Positions 24,020 to 31,997 of a stretch of 32,000 nt of DNA are shown in pieces. The stretch's first letter is position 1. The number at the start of each line of letters is the position of its first letter. This stretch comes from Telmatocola sphagniphila (GTDB taxonomy: Bacteria; Planctomycetota; Planctomycetia; Gemmatales; Gemmataceae): assembly GCF_018398935.1 (NCBI RefSeq), contig NZ_CP074694.1, positions 5,550,001-5,582,000 of the forward strand, written 5' to 3'. Under the pieces are notes generated by a model. The model was not told where the DNA came from and did not search any database. It was given only the letters and a program-made list of their open reading frames with translations. The translations under genes were made by a program, and so were the position numbers.

Positions 24020-25534
24020 ATGAGCACTCTGAATCTGAATCTCTCTCCGGATCTCAAAGCATACTTTGCCGAAGAGCGCCGAGCGATCGACGAATCCTGT
24101 CGGTTACCAGTGCTGGTTTTTTTCGGCAGCGCGTTGGTCTGGTTGATTGTCGGCACACTACTCGGGTTAACCGCTTCGCTGAAGATGCACACGCCCGATT
24201 TTCTCGCCGACCATAGCTGGCTGACCTTCGGACGAATTCGACCGGCGCATTTGAACATGGTCACCATGGGCTGGGCGTCCAGCGCGGGCCTCGGTTGTTC
24301 CATCTGGTTGATGTGCCGTCTGTCGCGAATTCCTTTGATCTATCCCCGCATTCTTTTGATTGCCGCACTATCCCTCAATCTCGGGATGATTATCGCGCTC
24401 GTGGGAGTTCTCTCGGGATTCAGTCAGGGGGTGGAATGGCTGGAGCCGCCCCAGATTGTAGCGCCCTTCATGACTACCGCTCTCGCCCTCGTCTCGGCCT
24501 GGCTTATCGCCACACTCAGGAAACGGCGGGAAAAACACATCTACGTCACCCAATGGTACATCTTCGGCGCAATGTTCTGGATGCCCTGGATGTACACGGT
24601 CGCCCAACTGGTAATTTTTGGTATTCCGGGAGTGATGGATCCTGCTCGCGGCGTCGTTCAAGCCACCTGCAACTGGTGGTTTGCCCACAATTTTCTCGGC
24701 CTCTGGCTGACTCCGATCGGGGTCGGCGCGGCCTACTATATCATCCCAAAAATTGTCGGCCGGCCGGTGTATAGCTATCACCTGAGCATCATCGGATTCT
24801 GGGCTACCGCACTTTTCTACAGCTGGGTGGGCATGCATCATCTCATCGGTGGGCCGCTGCCGGCCTGGATGGTGACCGCCTCCATCGCCGGTTCCATACT
24901 GATGATCATCCCGGTGATGGCCGTGGCTCTCAATCATCACATGACCATGTGGGGTCATTTCCAGCAGCTGGTCTACAGCCCGGCCCTTCGCTTCGTCGTA
25001 TTCGGAGCCATCACTTATACGGCCGTCAGTATTCAAGGTTCGTTCGAAGCGTTACGCGATATGAACGTTATTACGCACTTCACCCACTACACCATTGCGC
25101 ACGCGCATCTCGGGGTCTATGGCTTTTATTCCATGGTGATGTTCGGCACCATGTATTACATCGTGCCGCGCTTGACCGGCGTGGAATGGGCATCGGCCAA
25201 ATTAATTCGCCTGCATTTCTGGAGCACATCTTTCGGCATAACCATCTATTACACCAGTCTGACTTTAGGGGGCTGGTACCAGGGACAAGCCCTGATTGCT
25301 GTAAACGAATTGAATCAACCGACTCCCTTCATTGAAATCGTACGCTACACGCAACCGTATCTGATCGGCCGCAGCATCGGCGGCTCCCTGATGGCTATCG
25401 GCCATTTCGTATTTGCCTATCTGTTCGTAGTTAATGTCTGTCGCTTGGGGCCGGTCAATGGGGGGCCGACTTATTTTGTGCCGCATGCTCAACCTTTAGC
25501 GGTCAGCGATCAGCAGTCAGCGGTCAGCTATTAG
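24020..25534 (+). CDS. ccoN: cbb3-type (C-family) heme-copper oxidase subunit I, orphan
   Basis: 504 aa and polytopic. FGRIRPAHLN carries the low-spin heme His. WWFAHNFLGLW carries a CuB His (compare WWYGHNAVGF). FYSWVGMHHL carries the cross-link Tyr and the HH CuB ligands (compare YIWAGPHHL). TIAHAHLG carries the heme b3 and heme b His residues (compare GHVH). Confidence 0.88.
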   Translation: MSTLNLNLSPDLKAYFAEERRAIDESCRLPVLVFFGSALVWLIVGTLLGLTASLKMHTPDFLADHSWLTFGRIRPAHLNMVTMGWASSAGLGCSIWLMCRLSRIPLIYPRILLIAALSLNLGMIIALVGVLSGFSQGVEWLEPPQIVAPFMTTALALVSAWLIATLRKRREKHIYVTQWYIFGAMFWMPWMYTVAQLVIFGIPGVMDPARGVVQATCNWWFAHNFLGLWLTPIGVGAAYYIIPKIVGRPVYSYHLSIIGFWATALFYSWVGMHHLIGGPLPAWMVTASIAGSILMIIPVMAVALNHHMTMWGHFQQLVYSPALRFVVFGAITYTAVSIQGSFEALRDMNVITHFTHYTIAHAHLGVYGFYSMVMFGTMYYIVPRLTGVEWASAKLIRLHFWSTSFGITIYYTSLTLGGWYQGQALIAVNELNQPTPFIEIVRYTQPYLIGRSIGGSLMAIGHFVFAYLFVVNVCRLGPVNGGPTYFVPHAQPLAVSDQQSAVSY

Positions 25535-25570
25535 CTAGTAGCGGTCAGCGATCAGCGATCAGCGGTCAGC
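25498..25570 (-). repeat. 10 heptamers in reverse orientation (ggtcagc gatcagc agtcagc ggtcagc tattagc tagtagc ggtcagc gatcagc gatcagc ggtcagc)
   Basis: Parsed by hand from 25501 and phase-perfect. The first five units encode the last residues (AVSDQQSAVSY) and the TAG stop of the ccoN-like ORF. Confidence 0.95.
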
Positions 25571-25630
25571 ATTGAATAAACCATTGCCTTTGGTCAGTAA
25601 CGCTTGAGCGTGAACAATTAGCATTTCCTA

Positions 25631-25651
25631 GCTGAAAGCTGAAAGCTGAAA
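25631..25651 (+). repeat. 3 forward heptamers (gctgaaa x3) plus a degenerate fourth
   Basis: gctgaaagctgaaagctgaaagctctat. It abuts the stop (25655) of the convergent 154-aa gene. Confidence 0.9.
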
Positions 25652-25654
25652 GCT

Positions 25655-26119
25655 CTATATATCCTCCTCAATCAATATCGGCTGACGGTCGGTCCGGGTC
25701 ATCACCCGGTAGTAGCGGGAAGGCTCCTTGCAGACGACGTAAACGTGCGGGATCTGATTTTGATCGCGAACCAGTATTCCCTGTATTCCCTGCCGGACGG
25801 GGTACCAGACGCCGTTGGCTAAAGCGAGATTTGCCAGGATGCGCACTCCTTCCGGCTGACAATTTCCCCAACGTCCTTCGTCGAGACTCTGTTTCCAGGT
25901 CCAGCCGGTTTGCGGCAAAGCACAACGGCGGTCGATATTGCCCCAGGGGACGATTTGAAACTCTCCTTCGTACCAAATCGGTAGCAAGCGCACGGCGTCC
26001 AGCCAGAGAAAACGAAACTCCTGGATGCCCGGCCCGCGCGAGTAGAGCCGTTTACGCAGTCGGAAGCGTTCGACCAGCTCGGGCGGAATTTCGCATTCGA
26101 GAAGTGCCACGCCGTTCAT
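25655..26119 (-). CDS. hypothetical 154-aa protein translationally coupled to the UmuC-like polymerase; possibly a degenerate SRAP-like fold
   Basis: Its ATG shares one base with the polymerase TGA (TGATG at 26117-26121). Motif resemblance to the SRAP in this window, by eye: EFQIVPWG versus EIARLRWG; LANGVWYPVRQ versus PADGFYEWKQ; VVCKEPSRYYRVMTRTDRQPILIEE versus IVTTEASEIIKPLHERMPVMVEPE. It lacks Cys2, the Glu in the DGxxEW-equivalent motif and the His in the HxRMP-equivalent motif; no NARxE-type motif is recognisable. Confidence 0.7.
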   Translation of the reverse strand: MNGVALLECEIPPELVERFRLRKRLYSRGPGIQEFRFLWLDAVRLLPIWYEGEFQIVPWGNIDRRCALPQTGWTWKQSLDEGRWGNCQPEGVRILANLALANGVWYPVRQGIQGILVRDQNQIPHVYVVCKEPSRYYRVMTRTDRQPILIEEDI

Positions 26120-27336
26120 CAGAAACAGGTCTTTCCTTTAATGTCGCAGATGTCGAAGGAGTGGGTGGTATCGGAATAGATTTCCCGAAGCGGCAATGTG
26201 GCCGCACTGCGCACTGCAAAGCGGCCGATGCGTTCGTTGATTTTCTTTTTGATCTCGGCCACCGCCTTGGCCGGTTCTTCGGGCGGTGGAAACAGACTGG
26301 CCTGACGGCAACCGGCCCGGCGCAGGTCACCGGCAATAACGTGCATATGCGTGGCCACCCAGCCCGGGCGATAAGCTCGCGCCAGGGCCACCTTGGCCGA
26401 TTCCAGCAGTTCATCGAAACGATCGGTCGGGCCATCCAACGGCCCTTCACCCCCCAGCGACGGCCGATCGTCGGCATAGCTGAGAAACAGCGTCAGTTTC
26501 CCGGCGTGCACCTGATACCAGTTCAATTCCTCGATCAGGCGTTCCACATTGCGGACCAGCCAGGCGTGCAGCACGCGCGGATCGTAAACCTTCCCGGCCA
26601 TGCTTCCGCCGCGGGAGAGGAATTTGTGGGGCGTCCGCTCGGTATTGATGCGAATGACCGGCTCGCCGCGCAGTTCGTACCAAAGTCCTTCGCCGACTTT
26701 AGTGATCAGTTGCAGAATCAGTTTGCGGTCGGCATTGATGAAATCGAGGCAGGTCCGAATGCCTCGATCCATCAGGGTTTTTGCCCGGCGCGAAGCGATG
26801 CCGGTGATTTCGGAAACGGAAAGTCGGGCGAGCAGTTCCCGTTCTTCCTCGGGCGTGAAAAGGGCCTTGGCTCCGAAGGGTTTGGCCGTGTCGCTGATCA
26901 GTTTGGCCAGGGTACGCGAGCGGGCGACGCCGATGGTCACTGGCACGCCGATCTGATTAGAAATCTCCTGCTGAATCTTCTGGGCAAGTAGCTGAGGGGA
27001 AGGATCGTCCACGGTGAAGAAAAATTCATCGATACTGTAGAATTCCGAACAGGAGGAATATCGCCGGACGATTTCCAGCATGTCTCGCGAAAGTACTTCG
27101 TACCAGCGAAAATCGCGCTTGACGTAAATACCTTCAGGGCAAAGGGCTTGCGCTTCCCAGACGGTCGTTCCGGTTTTAACACCGGCCGCTTTCATTTCGT
27201 AGCTCTTGGCAATGACGCACGCTCCCTGATTGCCCAGCACTCCGACCGGTTTGCCGCGCAGCCAGGGGAAGCGCACCCGCTCGGCCGAGACGTAAAAGCA
27301 GTCTGCATCGAGATGGGCAATCAACGGTCTGGCCAT
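26119..27336 (-). CDS. Y-family DNA polymerase, UmuC-like
   Basis: 405 aa. LDADCFYVSAERV...GKPVGVLGNQGACVIAKSYEMKAAGVKTG parallels E. coli UmuC (DVNAFYASCE...GKPVVVLSNNDGCVIARNAEAKALGVKMG). YSIDEFF matches YSIDEAF. GGAAGGA lies upstream of the ATG. Confidence 0.9.
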   Translation of the reverse strand: MARPLIAHLDADCFYVSAERVRFPWLRGKPVGVLGNQGACVIAKSYEMKAAGVKTGTTVWEAQALCPEGIYVKRDFRWYEVLSRDMLEIVRRYSSCSEFYSIDEFFFTVDDPSPQLLAQKIQQEISNQIGVPVTIGVARSRTLAKLISDTAKPFGAKALFTPEEERELLARLSVSEITGIASRRAKTLMDRGIRTCLDFINADRKLILQLITKVGEGLWYELRGEPVIRINTERTPHKFLSRGGSMAGKVYDPRVLHAWLVRNVERLIEELNWYQVHAGKLTLFLSYADDRPSLGGEGPLDGPTDRFDELLESAKVALARAYRPGWVATHMHVIAGDLRRAGCRQASLFPPPEEPAKAVAEIKKKINERIGRFAVRSAATLPLREIYSDTTHSFDICDIKGKTCF

Positions 27337-27457
27337 GTTCCATTCCTTCCGTAGCGGAATGTATACAGGTTTATACTACTACAGTAATATGTCAAGCGCC
27401 GTTGCGGAAGTCAAAAAAAACGGGGAAATGGGATAAGTGGGCGTTCAGAAGAGAGGG

Positions 27458-27479
27458 GTGGGTACGATTGTACCCACCG
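27458..27479 (-). terminator. GC-rich hairpin after the TlpA-like gene
   Basis: GGTGGGTAC, loop gatt, GTACCCACC: a perfect 9-bp stem with a 4-nt loop. It begins 16 nt after the stop on the minus strand. No strong U-tract follows directly; a T8 run lies about 40 nt further on. Confidence 0.45.
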
Positions 27480-27494
27480 GGGGAGAACAAATGT

Positions 27495-28649
27495 TTACTT
27501 CGCTTCAGCTTCTTTGACGAGCGTTTCCAGAGCTTCATCGAGGGCTTTCCATTCGGCATCGGTATCGGGCGAACCGAGGAAGCGATGGCGAATGACGCCC
27601 TTGTGATCGATCAGAATGATGGTCGGCCAGCCCTGGACTTTCCAGTCCTTACTGATGTCGCCGGCCGGGCCTTTTTCGCCGTTCCAGAAAGAGCGGTAGT
27701 TGATCTTCTCTTCTTCGATGCGCTTGGCTAATTTTTCCTTGTCGCGATCGCTGTTGACGCCGACGAGCACGAACGGCTTGCCTTCGTATTTTTTGACGGT
27801 CTTGACGTTGTGTGGAACCATCTGCATGCAGGGGCCGCACCAGGTACCCCAGAAGTCGAGCATGATCACTTTGCCTTTGAAGTCGCTGAGCTTCAAGGCT
27901 TTGCCTTCGGTATCTTCGGCGGAGATTTCCAGCGGTTTGCCACCCGGTAAGAGATTCTTGATCATGTAAATATTGTCTTGAGCATCTTCGCCCATCTTTC
28001 GGCCGGGGTACCATTCGACATCCGCGAATTCGCGCTCGAGCTGTTCCCAGAGCTTCAACGAGGCGACCGACTTTTCCTTGACGTCTTTTTCAGAAGTCAG
28101 GTAGTTCACGCAGTCATCGGTAAGCTGACTGGCCATGGTCCGCAAGGACAAGGCTTTAACTTTCTTGTCGGGACTCTTGGCATAAACTTCCTTGAGGAAG
28201 GCAGTCGATTCTTTGCCGAGTGCGAAGGAGATCATCATGACCGCGTTGGCCATTTTCGGATTGGTGAGGTGATGCTTGCGGAGAATCTCGATGGCTTCCT
28301 TCCCCTCTTTCGAATCGCGAACGGAAGAGAGGATGAAGAGCGCACCGTCGAAACCGACATCGTCATCGGGCTTGGCCTTGACCAGATTCATCATGGCCGG
28401 GACGTATTTCTTGGGAGCGGCCCGGTACCCTTCGAGCGCTTTATTCTTGGCATCTTTGTCTTTCGATTCCCGGTAGGTTTTCAGGAATTCCTGCTGAGCC
28501 GTTTGAGACTCTTTGACGATCGATTTGTATTCTTCGGTTCGTGTGGGAGTTTCGCTTTTTTTGGCTTCCTCTTTGGGTTTGTCCTGAGCGAAAGCGATAC
28601 CGACCAGCAGCAACGCTACCAGTCCCGTTGATAAACGACGCATGTGCAC
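27495..28649 (-). CDS. secreted TlpA/ResA-like thiol:disulfide oxidoreductase with a helical N-terminal domain
   Basis: 384 aa. It has a signal peptide (MRRLSTGLVALLLVGIAFAQ), VIMLDFWGTWCGPC (thioredoxin CxxC) and the GWPT cis-Pro loop. About 230 aa of unassigned helical domain precede the thioredoxin fold. Confidence 0.85.
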   Translation of the reverse strand: MHMRRLSTGLVALLLVGIAFAQDKPKEEAKKSETPTRTEEYKSIVKESQTAQQEFLKTYRESKDKDAKNKALEGYRAAPKKYVPAMMNLVKAKPDDDVGFDGALFILSSVRDSKEGKEAIEILRKHHLTNPKMANAVMMISFALGKESTAFLKEVYAKSPDKKVKALSLRTMASQLTDDCVNYLTSEKDVKEKSVASLKLWEQLEREFADVEWYPGRKMGEDAQDNIYMIKNLLPGGKPLEISAEDTEGKALKLSDFKGKVIMLDFWGTWCGPCMQMVPHNVKTVKKYEGKPFVLVGVNSDRDKEKLAKRIEEEKINYRSFWNGEKGPAGDISKDWKVQGWPTIILIDHKGVIRHRFLGSPDTDAEWKALDEALETLVKEAEAK

Positions 28650-28828
28650 ATCCTCGGATGAATGAAGTTGTCGATATTAGAAAGATAGCGATTTAACTGT
28701 TGAAGTGATATATGGTCGAATTTTGATCAGTAACTATTTGCGATTGTAATGCGCGGAACCGCATGCTATCGTCGGTGAAGATGACGATTTCCCATAGAAT
28801 AACTATCCCTTTTTAAGAAAGAAATAAA

Positions 28829-29320
28829 ATGAAAAAGTTTCTAGTAGCGTCGATGGGTCTGGCCCTGGTGTGCGGTTTGGGCATCCAAGGTAATGCTCGA
28901 CTGGTGTCGCAGGAAATCGCGAAAGCCCAGGAGAAGAAAGTGCCCACCGAAGAAGACAAAATCAAACACAAAGCTCTGATGGCTAAGAAACTGGCTTTAT
29001 CCCAGGATATTCTGAAGGCTCTGGTGCTCAACGATCTGCCTGAAGCCAAGGTGCGCGCGGAAGATCTCATCAAGCTTCGTAAAGAAGCGGCCTGGATGAT
29101 GAAGATCAAGAAAGATCAGTTGGCCGATTACAACACCTTCAGCAACGATTTCACCCGAAGCGCGGAGAAAGTTATCAAGTCCTGCAAGGAAAATAATCTG
29201 GATCGGGCCAAATTCGGTTATCTGGAAATGACTCTCGCCTGTTTCAACTGTCATGCGGCTTGCCGGGACATGCTGGAAATCAAGAGCGACCTTCCGAACC
29301 TGGAAGTCCTGAAAAAGTGA
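28829..29320 (+). CDS. class II c-type cytochrome (cytochrome c'-like four-helix bundle)
   Basis: 163 aa. It has a signal peptide and a helical body. A single CxxCH (CFNCH) lies about 25 residues from the C-terminus, which is the class II arrangement. Confidence 0.6.
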   Translation: MKKFLVASMGLALVCGLGIQGNARLVSQEIAKAQEKKVPTEEDKIKHKALMAKKLALSQDILKALVLNDLPEAKVRAEDLIKLRKEAAWMMKIKKDQLADYNTFSNDFTRSAEKVIKSCKENNLDRAKFGYLEMTLACFNCHAACRDMLEIKSDLPNLEVLKK

Positions 29321-29347
29321 TTTCGCCTAAAAGCTCATTGGACTGAA

Positions 29348-30520
29348 TTAATTATGCCCGTTGAGTGCCGCGAAGTATCCCAACGGTCCTCGCGGCTTGG
29401 CGTTGAATTCTTCTCGGTTGGATCGGAATTGGCGAATCGCCCAGCCCCAGTTCCACTCATTGCTATCGATATAATGCAGCACCAGGAGATTCTTCAACTC
29501 TTCGATTTCCGCGAAGCTCATCTCGGCGGTGTCTTTCAAAAAAGTCGATATATCCAGATTTCCGCGAATCTCCGCATGCCAGCGGTCGAGTAGCCGGCGT
29601 CGCAGCGATTCGTTGGGTTTCTGAAACATCAGAACGATATCGATGCGTCCGGGGCGCCGGAAGGCCGGATCGATCCGATCCAAGGGGCAGTTTGTCGCGA
29701 AAATATAAACGACGCCTTCCTTCTGAGTCATTCCATCGAGCGCGTTGAGAAAGATGGATTGATCGTCGGCGGCCGGGGCGTTATCCCGATTGCGTAAAGC
29801 CATATCCATGTCGTCGAAAAAGACGATTCCGCAATCTTCCACAGTGAACAATTCGCCAATCGAATCGATGGGATTCTGCGAACACCGTGCTGTTTGATAA
29901 GCTTCGGCTGTAACCTGCTTCCATTCCCAGCTGCGCTCCAGGCATTCCTGCATTAACCACCGGCAGACGGATGTTTTGCCGTTGCCGGGTGGGCCGTATA
30001 GGAGCAAACCTCGTTTTGGTCGTCCGCCGAATTCCTTGATGCGATTGAGATTTTTCGGATCCAGGTAGCCGATGGTATTCTGCCAGATGGTTTTCTGAAT
30101 TTCCGCTTCCATGACTGGCGGTGGATTCTTTTTGTCCGGCTGTCGGAAAAGCCGGTAGGCCACCCGATATAAGCGAAGGTAGTCTTCCTTTCCGACGATG
30201 AATAATTTGACGCAACGTTGCGAGGCCTTACCTTCATCCAGTAGAGCCTGAATTCTCGCAAACGGAATTCCTTCAATGCGATAGCCGCGCACCCCGAAAG
30301 TTACGCCGGCGTGCGTGCGGCGAAAATAGGGATTCCAATCCCGCACGAGCAATCCTTCCAGGGGAAGAACCGGCCCGCGCGTCGAATGTTCCATCAAATC
30401 GCTGAAGAAATAGCTGGGATCGAAGGCCACGGGATCCTTGATGCCCGCAATCCGCCCGGCCTGTTCGATCGTCTTTTTCTGATCCGCAGCGTAATGCTGC
30501 ATATTGTTTGTTAAACCCAT
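29348..30520 (-). CDS. AAA+ ATPase (classical AAA clade) with an unassigned N-terminal domain of about 170 aa
   Basis: 390 aa. Walker A is LLLYGPPGNGKT and Walker B is IVFFDDMD. ATNCPLDRIDPAFRRPGRID is the second region of homology with the Arg fingers. Confidence 0.88.
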   Translation of the reverse strand: MGLTNNMQHYAADQKKTIEQAGRIAGIKDPVAFDPSYFFSDLMEHSTRGPVLPLEGLLVRDWNPYFRRTHAGVTFGVRGYRIEGIPFARIQALLDEGKASQRCVKLFIVGKEDYLRLYRVAYRLFRQPDKKNPPPVMEAEIQKTIWQNTIGYLDPKNLNRIKEFGGRPKRGLLLYGPPGNGKTSVCRWLMQECLERSWEWKQVTAEAYQTARCSQNPIDSIGELFTVEDCGIVFFDDMDMALRNRDNAPAADDQSIFLNALDGMTQKEGVVYIFATNCPLDRIDPAFRRPGRIDIVLMFQKPNESLRRRLLDRWHAEIRGNLDISTFLKDTAEMSFAEIEELKNLLVLHYIDSNEWNWGWAIRQFRSNREEFNAKPRGPLGYFAALNGHN

Positions 30521-30677
30521 GCAATCTAGACCTCGGGGGTCGCCAGCGGGTTCGCAGAATCAAAAAAAACGTTCGTCGAGTCGAAAGCTAAATAGATTCC
30601 TCGATTGGATCTGAACCCGGGCAGAGATACAAAGTTCTTTAAGTAAGACACGATCTGTAAGTCAGGAATGGTTTCGA

Positions 30678-31997
30678 ATGGCTTTGATTGAACCGCGCAC
30701 GTTGAAGGGTTTCCGCGATTATCCTCCGGAATTGATGATCCCCCGCGAACAGATGCTGGAGAAAATTCGCCGGGTCTACCGCTCGTATGGCTTTGCGCCT
30801 ATCGATACACCCGCGCTCGAATACGCTGAGATTCTGCGCGGCAAAGGGGGCGAGGAGTCGGATCGGCTGATCTATCAGTTCAAGGATCACGGCGATCGCG
30901 AAGTGGCCCTGCGCTTCGACCTGACCGTTCCCTTTGCCCGCTTCGCGGCCCAGTACGTTCCCAAGATCGGCACGCCGTTCAAGCGCTACCACATGGGTCC
31001 GGTGTGGCGCGGAGAAAATTCGGCGCGCGGCCGCTACCGGGAATTCTGGCAGTGCGATTTCGATACCATCGGCACCACTTCGAACGCTTCAGACATCGAA
31101 ATTGCTCTGGTGATCAACGATCTGATGGTGGCCCTGGGCTTCGAGAAGTTCACGATTCGAATCAACAATCGCTTATGCTTGAATGGACTGCTCGAATCGC
31201 TCGGGTTATCCGACAAGTCGGTGCCGCTCCTTCGATCGCTGGATAAACTCCTGAAGATTGGCCGCGACAAAGTGGCCGAGGAGATGGTGCGCGAGGCCGG
31301 TGTGACCGAGCAGCAGGCCGCGCAGGTCGTGGCACTCGCGGATTTGACGGGAACGAATTCCGAGATCATTAATAGACTCGAAGCAGAGTACGGAGGAAAC
31401 GCCAAGGCCGCGGATGGGATTCAAAAATTGCGAGAGCTGTTGAAAGTCGCTGAAAGAGCCGGTATCCCCTCTGAACGCATTCAAATCGACTTATCTATCT
31501 GCCGGGGGCTCGATTATTACACCGGCACCATTTACGAGACCTTCCTCAACGATCTGCCCAGCATCGGCAGCGTCTGCTCCGGAGGCCGTTACGACAACCT
31601 GGCGGAACTCTACACCAAGCAGCAGTTGCCCGGCGTCGGCGCCAGCCTCGGTCTGGATCGGCTCATCGCCGCTATGGAAGAGCTGAAGTTGATTCCCAAG
31701 ATCAGTACGCCCGCTCCGGTTTTCGTGCCGCAGTTCGTGCCGGATAAACTTGGAGATTACCAGCGAATTGCTCGATCACTACGGGCGCAGGGAATCGGCT
31801 GTGAAGTCTATCCCGAAGTCAAGAAGCTGGGAAATCAGTTGCAGTACGCCGAAAAGAGGGGTTTCCGAATCGCCTTGATTGCCGGTAGCGATGAGTTTCA
31901 GAACGGCGTCTGGAAGGTGAAGGATCTCGCCAATCGCACGGAGCAGAGTGTTGCCGAAGCCGAATTGGCCCAGGCGATTCTCACTTTGCTTTCTTAG
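30678..31997 (+). CDS. hisS: histidine--tRNA ligase
   Basis: 439 aa. LKGFRDYPPE, RYHMGPVWRGENSARGRYREFWQCDFD, RGLDYYTG, GGRYDNL and GASLGLDRL are class II HisRS motifs. Confidence 0.95.
   Translation: MALIEPRTLKGFRDYPPELMIPREQMLEKIRRVYRSYGFAPIDTPALEYAEILRGKGGEESDRLIYQFKDHGDREVALRFDLTVPFARFAAQYVPKIGTPFKRYHMGPVWRGENSARGRYREFWQCDFDTIGTTSNASDIEIALVINDLMVALGFEKFTIRINNRLCLNGLLESLGLSDKSVPLLRSLDKLLKIGRDKVAEEMVREAGVTEQQAAQVVALADLTGTNSEIINRLEAEYGGNAKAADGIQKLRELLKVAERAGIPSERIQIDLSICRGLDYYTGTIYETFLNDLPSIGSVCSGGRYDNLAELYTKQQLPGVGASLGLDRLIAAMEELKLIPKISTPAPVFVPQFVPDKLGDYQRIARSLRAQGIGCEVYPEVKKLGNQLQYAEKRGFRIALIAGSDEFQNGVWKVKDLANRTEQSVAEAELAQAILTLLS

Noticed and set aside
27371-27390. Canonical E. coli-type LexA box upstream of the polymerase gene
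   Set aside because: Only one half-site (TACTGTA) is present, and the position expected for ACAG after N8 reads AAAC. It is kept only as a weak candidate for a lineage-specific operator (see findings).
30545-30570. tRNA-like T-arm fragment (gggttcgcagaatc)
   Set aside because: There is no acceptor, D-arm or anticodon-arm complementarity around it, and the GTTCGAATC consensus is interrupted. It is not a tRNA.
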